Origin: Octopus sinensis | Lineage: Eukaryota | DNA length: 64,000 nucleotides | Direction: 5' to 3' | Assembly: GCF_006345805.1 (NCBI RefSeq) | Contig: NC_043012.1 | Coordinates: 53,382,001-53,446,000 of the forward strand | In this document: positions 14,301 through 26,300 of the stretch, piece after piece | Numbering within the stretch: position 1 is the first letter of the stretch | How the letters are laid out: every line of letters starts with the position of its first letter | Notes under the pieces: model-generated | Databases searched by the model: none | Told to the model about the DNA's origin: nothing | Seen by the model: only the letters and a program-made list of their open reading frames with translations | Translations under genes and position numbers: made by a program

Positions 14301-15153
14301 CCAAATCACACCTGCCGTCGTTTAAAAAAAGCAGGACACATTACGTCATATAATACTAGAAAACGTTCAACAGATGGGATGGCCTTGAAGTTTTATCTTT
14401 TAATCAGGGGTAACGCAGTGCTTATGACCAATTACAGAGTCTTCGACGTTACTGGGTGGAGGAATTTATTCTCAGACGAGAAGTCACCCAAACTGGTTTT
14501 AATGATGGATAAAGCCCACCACCCTAGAGGGCTTTGGCGAGATTTGAAATCAGAACGCTAAGAACCGAATCAAATACCACAAGGAATTCAGTCCGATGTT
14601 CTTATTGTTCCTTCTACCCTGGTTGGTACTTCTTTATTGACTTGGATAAATTGAAAGGCAAAGGTGACTTCAGGAAGATTTGAACTCCGAGCGCAAAGTG
14701 TCGAGAGAGCACTACCAACACAACGCTTTTCCTAACCCCAGTATCGAAAGTCTCTGATGTTTGATTTGATCGATCAACTCTAATCAGGGTTGCACTAAAT
14801 AACCGCAAGTATGCACACGGAAATACACCGGAAAGGATACGCAATACATGATTACATTGTCACCATGGATGTCGATAAGTCATAATTCGTCGCTGAATAT
14901 TCAAACAGAACAGTTTCCCCCGCACCCCCGTTTAGGTCAAGGTATGGTATATCAGAAGCAGCAGTTCTATGCTTAGCACAATTTCGATGTTTGATTTATT
15001 TTTGCAACATAACTGCTTGATTAACCCGGCATGAAATGTTCTAGTGCAGGGCGCTGAACGCCCATAAATGCATGCATTACATTTCTATGTGTTAACACAC
15101 ACACACACTACACATGCGCGCACGCATGAACACACATATATATTCAATATATA

Positions 15154-16445
15154 CGAGGGGCGTTCAATAAGTAATGCATCTGACCCACTTCCCATAGCAG
15201 TAGAGCAACGAAACTTGGAACAGTTATTAGTCTTTTTCTACATAGGAACCACCCAGAGTTACGCATTTCTCCCATCGTTTGATGCAGCTCTGCAGACCAT
15301 TTTTGTAGAAGACGCCTGCTTGGTCCTCCAACCACGACGTGACTTCAGAAATCAAGGCTGCATCATCTGGGAAACGCTTTCCTTTCAAAAACAACTTCAT
15401 GGCTGGGAAGAGGTGAAAATTAGAGGGTGCAACATCAGGAGCGTAGGGGGGATGGGGGAGGAGTTCATAGCCGTACGCCTGTGCTTCTGATATGGCGACA
15501 CGCGAGTTGTGGACCGGAGCGTTGTCTTGCAGGAGGAGAATGCCTTTGCTGATCTTGCTCCGCCTCTTGATTTTGATAGCTTCTCTTAATTTCCTCAAAA
15601 GTGAAGCATGATAGGCTCCTGTAATTGTGGTACCCTTTGCCAGGAAATCTGTCTTCTCTACTCCGTCCTGGTCCCAGAAGACTGGGAGTATGACCTTGCC
15701 AGCGGAGGGCTGCACCCTTGCCTTCTTTGGAGGAGGTGAGTCACGGTGCTTCCACTGCATTGACTGGGCTTTGGTCTCTGGATCATCACGATGGACCCAG
15801 GTTTCATCCTGTGTAATCAGTCTTTTGAAAAATTTTGACTCATCTTCTTGACACATCTCCAAGTTCATCCTCGAGCACTCGACGCGTTCTTGCTTCTGGA
15901 AAGGTGTGAGCAACCTGGGAATCCATCAGGCAGACACCTTTTGTATATGCAAATGGTCATGAATGATAGTTTCCACAGACCCGGTACTAATCTTGACCTC
16001 ATGGGCTATTTGGCGAATAGTTATGCGTCGATTTTCCAAAATGGCAGCCTCAACTTGACGGACAGATGCCTCATCAATGGCAGAAGGGGGGCGACCAGAT
16101 CTGGGAGCTGTTTCCACAGAGTTTCGACCATGTTTGAATTCACGATGCCAGCGTTTTACAAGGTCATATGATGGGGCATCATCACCATAAGTTACTTTCA
16201 TTTCATCAAAAGTCTCCCGTGGTGTGCGTCCTTTCAAATACAAAAACCTAATCACTGCTCGAGACTCAACAGGCTCCACTTCACACTTGACTCAGTTCAA
16301 ACACCTGTAAATCAGAAACCACAATTAGTTCAGAGCTGTAATTTGCGACGTAATCTATAGAAATATAAATAATTGCACATGCAAAATTTCAGCTAGATCA
16401 AACAACTGCAAGTGTGTCAGGGGCATTACATATTGAACGTCCCTC

Positions 16446-16446
<1 letters not shown>
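15154..16446 (-). mobile_element. Mariner transposon, full length (~1.29 kb)
   Basis: TIRs cgaggggcgttcaataagtaatgc / gcattacatattgaacgtccctcg, TA on both flanks, internal transposase. Confidence 0.95.
15227..16279 (-). pseudogene. Mariner transposase (~350 codons) with one in-frame TGA and the third catalytic Asp changed to Asn
   Basis: ORFs 15926-16279 and 15227-15913 share a frame: KVSA*WIPRLLTP. Motifs ITQDETW, LQDNAPVH and YAPDVAPSNFHLF (canonical YSPDLAPSDF/Y). Confidence 0.92.
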
Positions 16447-16493
<47 letters not shown>

Positions 16494-16652
16494 TCGGGGT
16501 GAGTACTTGAGAATTGTAAGCACCTAGAGAAGAACGAGATGGACGCTTCATTTTTATGCTGTTGCCGCATTATGTCGTACGCGAATGAGAGGATTTGCAT
16601 CCCCAACCAAGAATTTTTGATGTAATACATGTCCTTGTGGAAGTTGTTGTGC

Positions 16653-16730
16653 GCGGCTGAAGAAGGCCACAGACATACATTATGCATTGTTATAAATCCG
16701 TCTAATAAAGGCCCGAAACATATGTACCGC
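16653..16730 (+). ncRNA. Type I hammerhead ribozyme motif
   Basis: Stem I gcgg/ccgc; core CTGAAGA; stem II ggcc/ggcc after an A.C pair; GAAA; stem III ACA-ta-TGT; GUA site, predicted cut after 16726. Confidence 0.75.
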
Positions 16731-16789
16731 TGAATCCTTGGCATCATGTTTTTATTTTGATTAATTTATATATATATATATATATATAT

Positions 16790-16975
16790 AGGGGAGAATT
16801 CACGAAAAAAGAAAAGACGAAGTGGTGTAGAAAACAAATAGATGTATTAATATAACGGTCGGGAATTGAAAAGGTATTTTACGTTTCGAGCTTACGCTCT
16901 TCCACAGAAAAGACCACAGAAAAAAACAAGGAGAGAGAAAAAAGTGTGTAGTGGCTACCGATCTATCATGGCGAC
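16790..16975 (-). mobile_element. Solo PLE pLTR-like repeat with a minimal hammerhead-like motif
   Basis: Homologous to 9600-9825(+), 58560-58705(+) and partially 47530-47590; flanked by (TA)n and (TACA)n. Confidence 0.65.
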
Positions 16976-16980
16976 ATACA

Positions 16981-17049
<69 letters not shown>

Positions 17050-17397
17050 GTATATATGTATGTATGAATGAATGGATGGATGTATGCACATTTATCATAT
17101 ATCTCCTCAATGCATAATTCATTATATATTATGTATATAATGCGAAGAGCTGGCAGAAACGTTAGCACGTTAAAATTCCGCCGTGGTTTACTTTGCCTTC
17201 CATCCTTTCGGTGTCAATAGATACCAGCTGCGTACTGGGGTCGATCTAATCTAATGGACTTCTCCCGCACCCCCAAATTTCAGGTCTTGTGCCTAGAGTA
17301 GAAAGATTAGATATTATAATATACGTACACGCACCCGCACACACACACACACACACACATTCTCTCACACACACATTCACATTTATACGTGTTGATA

Positions 17398-17443
<46 letters not shown>

Positions 17444-17741
17444 TATGCCTATGTGTGTTTACAAATTCTTAAACGCCATGTTATCAAATCCCAACCTTAT
17501 CAGCTCAAAAATCTACTTCTCTCGTCGGAATCAACTTTCGAAAAACATAACTTTACATCTAATATCTTCTTATCTTTTAGATATTATTTTCTAATGACGT
17601 GTTTCCTACCAAATTACCATCATATTGCTTCACAAAACATGCTGAATAATTAAAATCCTCTGAAGACAACATTGTTTCATTGATATGTTCCATAAATATA
17701 CACCATTGGTTTGACTTTGTGATATCAAGTAGTAGTAGTAC

Positions 17742-17788
<47 letters not shown>

Positions 17789-17836
17789 ATAATAATATAA
17801 TAATAATAATAACAATAGTAATAATAATAATAATAA

Positions 17837-18385
17837 ATGCCCTGATGCAGTACCAGGCAGTGGCTCTCATGGCTTCTGATCTTAACTGATTGCAAGTGTT
17901 ATCATGTACATTGTTTTGTCTTGGTATCAAAGATGGGCTACAGCAAATTTTCTGCTCAATACCACAGATTTGCTTGTCAGTTGTTTGACCTTAACCAGTT
18001 GAGCATGTCCCTTAGTGGCTGACGATATGTGCATCTCTGATCACGAGCAGAAGTAGTGGAGGAGCATCATAGTCATGTGTTGAGAGGGATTCTTTCGGGT
18101 TTGAATAATTCACCTCTGGAAACAGGGGTGTTTCGTTCAACATCCTTAAACAACCCTTATTCAGGGACCTTTTGGGATGGGCTACTCAACCAGAAGAAAA
18201 TTCTAACTGGGCCCCACCTGCAAGGTCACGTGCTGTTTATCTTAATACGAGATCACCATGTCGCGCACATATGGTTGTGATGCATGTGCCTAGTGTACCC
18301 TTATCAGACGGGTAGTCATGATGGGTATACTGGGCTTCGTATATTTTACCCCAGTGTCACTTTGATGGCATGCACTGCTCTCTCA
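17837..18385. mobile_element. ~550-bp non-coding insert flanked on both sides by (AAT)n
   Basis: Higher-complexity block bounded by AAT repeats at both ends; single copy in the window; family not assignable. Confidence 0.45.
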
Positions 18386-18408
18386 GTCAATAATATTAAT
18401 AATAATAA

Positions 18409-18439
<31 letters not shown>

Positions 18440-19159
18440 AAGATGGTGAAGGAGGAGGAGGAGGAGGGGGAGCAGCAGCAGCAGCAGGAGGAGAAGAAGA
18501 AGAAGAAGAAGAAGAAGAAGAAGAAGAAGAAGAAGAAGAATGTTGTGGTGAAAGTCATTGACACCCCTGGCGGGTTGGAGAATGGACTAGCCGAACTCTT
18601 GTAAAGAGTAGAGCTTGGTAGTAGTCGGAGAGAGCATTTTGGTAGTTTGTGGTTGTTCAGCTGCCTTGTTGGATTTGTTTGGTACACACGTGTTTTCACC
18701 TGTCCTGGTGGAGTGGCGTTTTCCTCATGCATAATGGAGACGCGTCGCGCGAGAAGTTGGGATAAGTTGCGGTATTCTTCCCTAGAACGTGATTCATCTG
18801 AGGAGGAATTAGATGAATACTTGAACAAGATGGACAAGGAAATGGAGAAGAGGAATCATGCAGCGGCGGCTAGACAAACAATTGAAGAAATCAATCTGGA
18901 AGAGTTGAGTGAGTTCAAGGAAATACTTGAAAGGGAGGGGAACGATGTGAAGGCGTCCCTCCCACTAAAAATAGTATTAAAGGACAAGGAAGAAATTACA
19001 ATTGTATACAGAAATTAAGCCACAGCAGCTAGGAAAATAGAAGTGGCGTCGGAAGGTGAAGAAGGTACTGAGGTCAGTCTGGCAGGAGAAAGCATGCCTT
19101 GCCAGGAGTCGAAAATATGGAACGGTGGAGGGAGAGGAATGCAGCAACTGTACTTGCAT

Positions 19160-19405
19160 TATAAAATCAAAATTGCTAGCAAGTAATACAACTACCACTC
19201 TGACGCTGCAACTGAGGGAGAAAATGTAACTATTCTTTGGGACTTCTCAGTATGTACAGACCGGATTATGAAAGCAAATAAACCAGATATTGTTGTGAAA
19301 GACAAAAACAATAAAGTATGTTTATTGATTGACATGAGAATAACATGTGACCATAATATCTCGGCTAAAGAATTTGATAAGCTTAGCAAATATAAAGATC
19401 TATCA
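19160..19405 (+). pseudogene. Restriction-like endonuclease fragment of an R4/Dong-type non-LTR retrotransposon
   Basis: ENVTILWDFSVCTDRIMKANKPDIVVKDK...CLLID...DHNISAKEFDKLSKYKDL matches the PD-(D/E)xK RLE pattern. Confidence 0.85.
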
Positions 19406-19740
19406 GTAGCCTTGAGAATTCTGGTTGTCCAGCCACAATTAGGACGCAGACGGCTTCTGGCCTTGAAGATATAACGTTCGACGCTGCTCACATCCACTAT
19501 CACCGACTTATCGCACGGGTCCATATCCTTCCGAAATTACACAGCCACTCCACCTCTCCATCCTTGTTAGCATCGCGATGCGTACACCTCGTGGACAGTG
19601 AAAATGGGTCTGAATGCTCGTAGATTGGAAATTTGGGTGTCGCTGATAACTACCACATACATATCTGGTAACATAAGATCCCTGACTGAGTGCTCTTCCA
19701 TGGTTATCTCAGGCCACATCGGAATACTTTCTGGTTCGCA
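19405..19740 (-). pseudogene. APE endonuclease N-terminal fragment, probably L1/Tx1
   Basis: Manual translation across frameshifts: VVVISDTQISNLRAFRPIF...GGVAV.FRKDMD. Confidence 0.55.
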
Positions 19741-21057
19741 AATGAGCCAGGATAAAAGTTTTCCTCTTGGTGACTAAGAAAGATCTGCTTATTTACACAT
19801 CTTCTCAAAATGAGTTCTCTTTCATCACTGCACTGTTATTGATATACCTAACTAACGTAACAAGATGACTACAACAGGAAACTTTAGCTTACTCAGATGT
19901 CAGACTTAATGAGATCTACAAATATATGAGGTTTCTTGGATGTAGCCATTTTAAACGTCACCTAGTATAAAACAAGAGAAGAGGCAATTTTCAACAGAAA
20001 CAAAACTTAATTTTTCTTGAAATAAAATAAAATTTGATTTTTAATGACCCTCATTAATGTCCTTCAACCGAGGACCTGCCAAGCTTGTTCTAAAATACTT
20101 GAGTAGTTTTGTTGACTTCAGAAATAAGTTGAAAATATAGCGCTCCAACAAATATGCTCCGGTTTTGCATACCGATATTCTCCCTTCTACAAATGAAACT
20201 AAATCATCTTAATTATTCCATAGACCACCTCGTTTTGTGATATGATGAAAGTGTAACCTGCGAAAGAGAAGAGGCAAAATATGAATCAATTTACATTTAT
20301 GTATTTGCTTTACAAGATTCTTGATGGGAAAATGTGTGTTGAAACTAATATTGTTACACGTGGGGTGGTCATTTGTAGCCAATGAAACACACGCGCTATT
20401 TACTCCTTTTATCTTTTATTCGTATTATTCTTAGTTCATAAGTTTATCAAAGTTCTTTCGTCATACAATCTGTGACCTTTGAAGTGACTCTCTGTCCTAT
20501 GTGTATCCTCTTGTCCTGCTTATTCTATTTTGTCCTTAATTTACCTACTCAGAAAGCCCATTTTGATAAACGGTGTGTCCAAACAATCCAAACAAACAAA
20601 AATTAATAAAATCCGAATTATATGTATTAGAATATAGGATAGGAGGTCAAAATTCCCATTCAACGTATGTGAGTTCAAATACATATATCCTCCCATATTG
20701 TCTCTCAGTGCATTACACGCACAAATTTCATGGCAAATGGCCTAGTTTGTCTATGGCCTTATAGATTAAATTTTGCCATATAAAACGGCAAACAACTAGC
20801 AAGTCTTCCTGACTATTGTACAGAAGATAGGCCTATTCAACCATTAGGCTGACTTTGGCTAGTTACAGCCGTCCGATAAGACGTTACGATTTGCCTCCCC
20901 AGTTATTCACGCAGTCTTATTCTCTCTCTGTTTTTCTCTCTCTCTCCCCCCTCTCTCTTTCTCTATCTCTTTCTCTCTGTCTCTTTCTATCTCTATCTTT
21001 CTCGCTCCCTTACTTTCTCTTTCTCTCTCTCTCTCCCACACACATACACATATACAC

Positions 21058-21090
<33 letters not shown>

Positions 21091-21122
21091 TATATACACT
21101 ATCTATCTTAAACACATACGCA

Positions 21123-21153
<31 letters not shown>

Positions 21154-21886
21154 ACTCTCTGTTCTTAACATTAGATACAATGGGCATTCAGACCCATACA
21201 ATTAATGTGCACATCATAGAGTGAAATATACGCGCCAACACATAATCTGTTATTCCTACAATCATAAATTATACATTCGTTCTATACTTCAAAAAGCTAT
21301 GCTCTCTGTAACGCAGTCGACGTGTTCAGATTTTTTAACGGTACCGAATGGGGAGCGTTGCTTACTATACAGACCATTTTCATTCGTTTCTATTTTATTC
21401 TTCCTTCATTTATTATTTCAAACTTACAACTGCATTAGGAATTCTAAATTCGTAGAATTTAGAGATCTAACAGGATACGAAAAAATCATAAGCTAATTTT
21501 GTTTGTATCTTAATGAAGACAAAAATCTACCGAAAAATGTCTTCCACTTTGTTACAATTTATATAGTTGTTTAAAATAATGCATGCAAATTTATTCAAGA
21601 ACAGAATTTAGATTGCAATCATCGTTTTGTGGGGCACTGTTTTGCATCTGTTGATTCTACTTTTTAGTTATAGGTATATAAAACCTTAAAGAAAATAAAA
21701 CAAGAAAGTTTATATATTCGACTTTGCAACGAAAAATTAAATTTCTTTTCAATCTATGAAATATCAGGAGTTGTTTCATCCCTAATTATTATCTTCAGCT
21801 ACAAAGCTAGTCAAATATGTATATTTAAGTGGTTGAGAATTTCGACATCCACTCGATAAATGCCACTAACATTATTTATACAACGA

Positions 21887-23169
21887 CAGGGGTTGGACAA
21901 AATAAAGGAAACACCTTAAAATAATTTCAAACAAAATTTGTTTTAATATAGAGTAAAGACCGTCTTTGGCAGTAATTACACCTTGAATTCTGCGATGTAT
22001 GGACTCGTACAAAGCTTGAATTGTTTCCAAAGGAATTTTTGTCCATTCTTCAACGAAAACAGTCTCCAGTTGTTGTAGTGATGATGGTGAAGGATATAAA
22101 CTCCTTACTTGATTTTCTAAAATGCACCATAAATGTTCAATAAAATTGAGATCTGGGGACTGTGGTGGCAAGATAAAATGTTCAATTTCACTAGAATATT
22201 CCTCGTGCCATTCAGTAACAACTTTAGCTGTGTAAATTGGTACATTATCATCCTGAAGGATTGCGTTTCCCTCCGGAAATAGTTCTACAATCATAGGATG
22301 GATTTGATTAGATAAAATGCATAGTATTGACTATTAATTCTGCTATGAAGGGAAATCATTAGACCAGCGGATTTCCAAAATATACACCCCCACCCAGATC
22401 ATCACAGATCCTCATCCATGTTTAACAGTTGAAAGAAGGCAGTCTAGGTCAAATGTTTTGTTGTTTTTTTTGCTGTTTCCACACGTGTACTCGGTCGGTG
22501 GTTGAAAATTAGGTAAAGGATGACTCGTCCGAGAAAATAACATTCTTCCACTGCTCTGGGGATCAATTCTGTAGGTTTTTACTTCACTCTAAACGCTTTG
22601 CAACATTTGTTTTTGAAAGTAGTGGTTTTCTGATCGCAGCCCTCCCGTGAAATCCGGCTTTGTGCAGCTCCCAGCGAACAGTTTTATGGAAACTGGGTTC
22701 TCGAGGTGGTTATTAAGCTCTGCAGTAATTTTAAGAACTGTACTTTTGTGATCCTTTCTAACAATTCGGGTAAGATTCCGACGGTCCCCATCTGAAAGTT
22801 TTGGTTTTCTTCCGGAGGTTTGTTTCAACGAGGAGGTTTTTCCCTCTTTCTTAAAGGCTGCCATTACTTTCGAGACAGTATTTCTTGATACACCAAACAT
22901 TTCGGCTGTTTCGTTACGCTAGCGCCTGCCATACGTGCACCAGCAATTTGACCTCTTTGAAAGTCCGATAGATCTGTAATTTTAATGACTTTTAATTACA
23001 TTTGTCTGATGATATCTGAAAAAAAGCAGCAACTTTAGCAAAATATATTGAGCAACACTAAGAATAAATGAAAAAACATAAAAATAAACAAGCTTTTGAC
23101 GGTTTTATAGATATTTCAAAATTATGACGTCAAGCTGCTAGGTATTTCCATTATTTTGTCCAACCCCTG
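21887..23169 (-). mobile_element. Tc1-like transposon, full length, decayed DD34E transposase
   Basis: TIRs caggggttggacaaaataaaggaaacacc / ggtatttccattattttgtccaacccctg-TA. ORF pieces SGRKPKLSDGDRR, ILQDDN..IYTAK and PPQSPDLNFIEHLW. Confidence 0.92.
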
Positions 23170-23208
23170 TATATGAAAATGATATGTCGCCTAGAGCATA
23201 ATCTGGAT

Positions 23209-23261
<53 letters not shown>

Positions 23262-23835
23262 TGCAGCTGCGTCAATGACGTTACAATCTGCCACCGCTTT
23301 ATGACTGCTCATAATGATCAAATTAACATTACCAACACAATTTCTTTTACTTTTTCTTTATTCTTCTTTATTTTCCTCACAAGTTGTCTCCCTCGTGTGG
23401 GTATTCTTCAATGTTTACTCACCTGTCTCAATATCCGTTTTGTCTTGATTTTATTTTGTTTTTGCCAAAATGCGAAAATCTATTCTTCATTTAAATTTTG
23501 CTTACTCTTTTATACTTATACTTGTTTCAGTCATTTGATAGCGGCCATGCTGGAGCACTGCCTTTAGTCGAGCAAATCGACCCCAGGACTTATTCTTTGT
23601 TAGCCTGGTACTTATTCTATCGGTCTCTTTTGCCGAACCGCTAAGTTACGGGGACGTAAACACACCAGCATCGGTTGTCAAGCGATGTTGGGGGGACAAA
23701 CACAGACACACAAATACACAGACACACACACACAAATATATATATATATTTTCAACAATTGAGGGTAAAATTAATTAATTAATCAATTTCACCAAGTGTT
23801 CAGTATGCAAAGGGACCATTTAAGGCGAATTCAAA

Positions 23836-24507
23836 TTATTACATTATATAAAAGGGCTTAGTAAAATAAATTACTTTGCCGCATACTGAACTCATTAGAA
23901 ATAGCAGCTAAAAAACATTTATAAAACTATTTCTAATACTTAAAGAAAACCTCTCTCATATAGTGTTTGCTCAATTCAACTCACGAAAGTATGGGGGGTA
24001 GAGACATTAAAAAATCAAATGCAAAGGTTATTTGAGAACGTACGTTTCAAGATTAGTCAAACTCGACATTTCTATCATCAGCTCAGAACTCCCTGGTTTG
24101 GATTTGAAAACACTGAAAGTGTTCAGTATGCAAAGGGACCATTTAAGGCTTGCATATTTGAGTTTGTTGGCACTGTTAGTTACGAGCGGATCTTCAGAAG
24201 CGATAGGAGACCGAAGGGGTATGCTCCCACTTTCAGTGTTTTCAAATCCAAACCAGGGAGTTCTGAGCTGATGATAGAAATGTCGAGTTTGACTAATCTT
24301 GAAACGTACGTTCTCAAATAACCTTTGCATTTGATTTTTTAATGTCTCTACCCCCCATACTTTCGTGAGTTGAATTGAGCAAACACTATATGAGAGAGGT
24401 TTTCTTTAAGTATTAGAAATAGTTTTATAAATGTTTTTTAGCTGCTATTTCTAATGAGTTCAGTATGCGGCAAAGTAATTTATTTTACTAAGCCCTTTTA
24501 TATAATG

Positions 24508-24513
<6 letters not shown>
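23836..24513. repeat. 286-bp inverted repeat with 106-bp spacer (inverted pLTR pair)
   Basis: 23836-24121 is the reverse complement of 24228-24513 with no mismatch seen by eye. The ORF track independently shows the same 34 N-terminal aa on both strands. Confidence 0.95.
24264..24316 (+). ncRNA. Type I hammerhead-like motif (mirror copy at 24033-24085, minus strand)
   Basis: Stem I tgag/ctca; CTGATGA; stem II aga/tct behind a U.U pair; GAAA; stem III ACG-ta-CGT; GUU site. Confidence 0.6.
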
Positions 24514-24552
<39 letters not shown>

Positions 24553-24553
24553 A

Positions 24554-25322
24554 CAATTATCAATAATAAAGGGTGAAATTAATTAATTAATTTAGAAAGA
24601 ATCATTAATTTCACCAAGTAGAGTTCGGCATGTAAAAGCCCCATTCAAGGAAGGTTTAAGTAATACTAAGTAATTAAGGGTTTAGCAACGATTTGCCTCA
24701 CCACACACCGAATTTAGAAATAGCAGTCAAAAAGTGTTGGCTATTCTTTCTACTTAAAAGGGAGATCCCAGTAAAACCAAAGCACTTAAAAAGCAAACGA
24801 CGCAGGCAAAAGAGAAAGAAATGACGAAAATCATTCTATATTAAGTCACCTACGGACGTACGTTTCGGAATTAAGTCATTGCAGAGCATAAAAATTAATT
24901 AATTATGCCTTACCTGACTATTTTCCTCCTCAGCGTAGGACTCTTCAATTATTAATAATTGTGTATTAAATTTGAAGGCACTAGAAGACATCACCTCAAC
25001 TCATGGTATCAGAGCGAGCGTAAGCCATTACCAGTACCTCCAAATTCAAAGGGTGAATGAAAGTATGTCACCATCCCCACTCCGCCAGCGTGTTGCCAAA
25101 ATAAGATGCTACAGTTTTTTTTACTGGGATGAAACACAATTATCAATAATAAAGGGTGAAATTAATTAATTTATTTAGAAATAATCATTAATTTCACCAA
25201 GTACAGTTCGGCATGTAAAAGCCTTTTAAGTAGAAAGAATAGCCAAAACTTTTTGACTGCTATTTCTAAATTCGGTGTGTGGTGAGGCAAATAGTTGCTA
25301 AACCCTTAATTACTTAGTATTA
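24554..25322 (-). mobile_element. Non-autonomous PLE derivative: direct terminal repeat plus inverted pLTR fragment
   Basis: 24554-24640 is repeated directly at 25137-25223; 24661-24761 is repeated inverted at 25222-25322; (TA)n on both flanks. Confidence 0.8.
24849..24939 (-). ncRNA. Canonical type I hammerhead ribozyme motif
   Basis: Stem I cctacg/cgtagg (6 bp); CTGAGGA; stem II GGAA/TTCC extended by agtca/tgact and gcata/tatgc; GAAA; stem III ACG-ta-CGT; GUC site. Confidence 0.85.
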
Positions 25323-25329
25323 TATATAT

Positions 25330-25385
<56 letters not shown>

Positions 25386-25968
25386 TATATACGTATATAC
25401 GACGGCCTTCTTTCAGTTTCCGTCTACCAAATTCACTCACAAGGCTTTGGTCGGCCCGAGGCAATAGTAGTAGACACTTGCCCAATGTGCCACGCAGTGG
25501 GACTGAACCCGGAACCATGTGGTTGGTAAGCAAGCTACTTACCACACAGCCACGCCTACGCCCATACTCCTGCTTGTTTATTTTTAAAAACTTCTTTTAA
25601 CCACGCGAGATTTCATCATGAGAATGCGAAAGCAAATGCGACCAATGATATCACCATATTACGGAACACAAAAATTTTAATGGTTGGGCTCCAGATGAAA
25701 ACACATTCTAAAAAATGTCGAGATGGACCTTTCGATCATCTGGAACTGTTTGGAAAACCTTAGTCTGGGCACAGAGCTGTCCGTAAGTAATCTAGAACAA
25801 ACAGGAATCAAAATTAATACCACGTTACATTATTTAGTCCAAATACAATATTCTTTGGAAGCGGGGGATTGCGGCGGCGTGGATTCTCACGGTGATATCC
25901 AATGCTACAGCAGCTTCTGCTACTCCTAAACATTTTACCCGGCACTATAACCATTCTGCCAGCTAGTT

Positions 25969-25969
<1 letters not shown>

Positions 25970-26003
<34 letters not shown>

Positions 26004-26038
26004 GGTGGTGGTGGTGAACGTCGTGGTAGTAGTACTAA

Positions 26039-26070
<32 letters not shown>

Positions 26071-26138
26071 TTGGTGGTGGTGGTGGTGGTCGTGTCGTCG
26101 TCGTGGTAGTAGTAGTAGTAGTAGTGGTGGTGGTGGTG

Positions 26139-26169
<31 letters not shown>

Positions 26170-26300
26170 GCGTCGTCGTCGTGGTAGTAGTGTTGGTGGT
26201 CGTGGTGGTCGTGGTGGTGGTCGTCGTCGTCGTGCTAGTAGTAGTAGTAGTAGTAGTAGTAGTAGCAGCAGCAGCAGCAGCAACAACAACAACGACAACA
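25970..26300. repeat. Compound trinucleotide microsatellite (GTA/GTG/GTC/GCA/ACA)
   Basis: Direct reading. Confidence 0.95.

Larger units (their letters stand above)
23518..25565 (-). mobile_element. Family-B SINE split by PLE-derived insertions in its internal (TA)n
   Basis: 3' half at 23518-23745 and 5' half at 25385-25565, colinear and in the same orientation. Confidence 0.8.

Noticed and set aside
23006-23022. CTGATGA-tatct-GAAA inside the Tc1 element
   Set aside because: No stems I, II or III; chance match.
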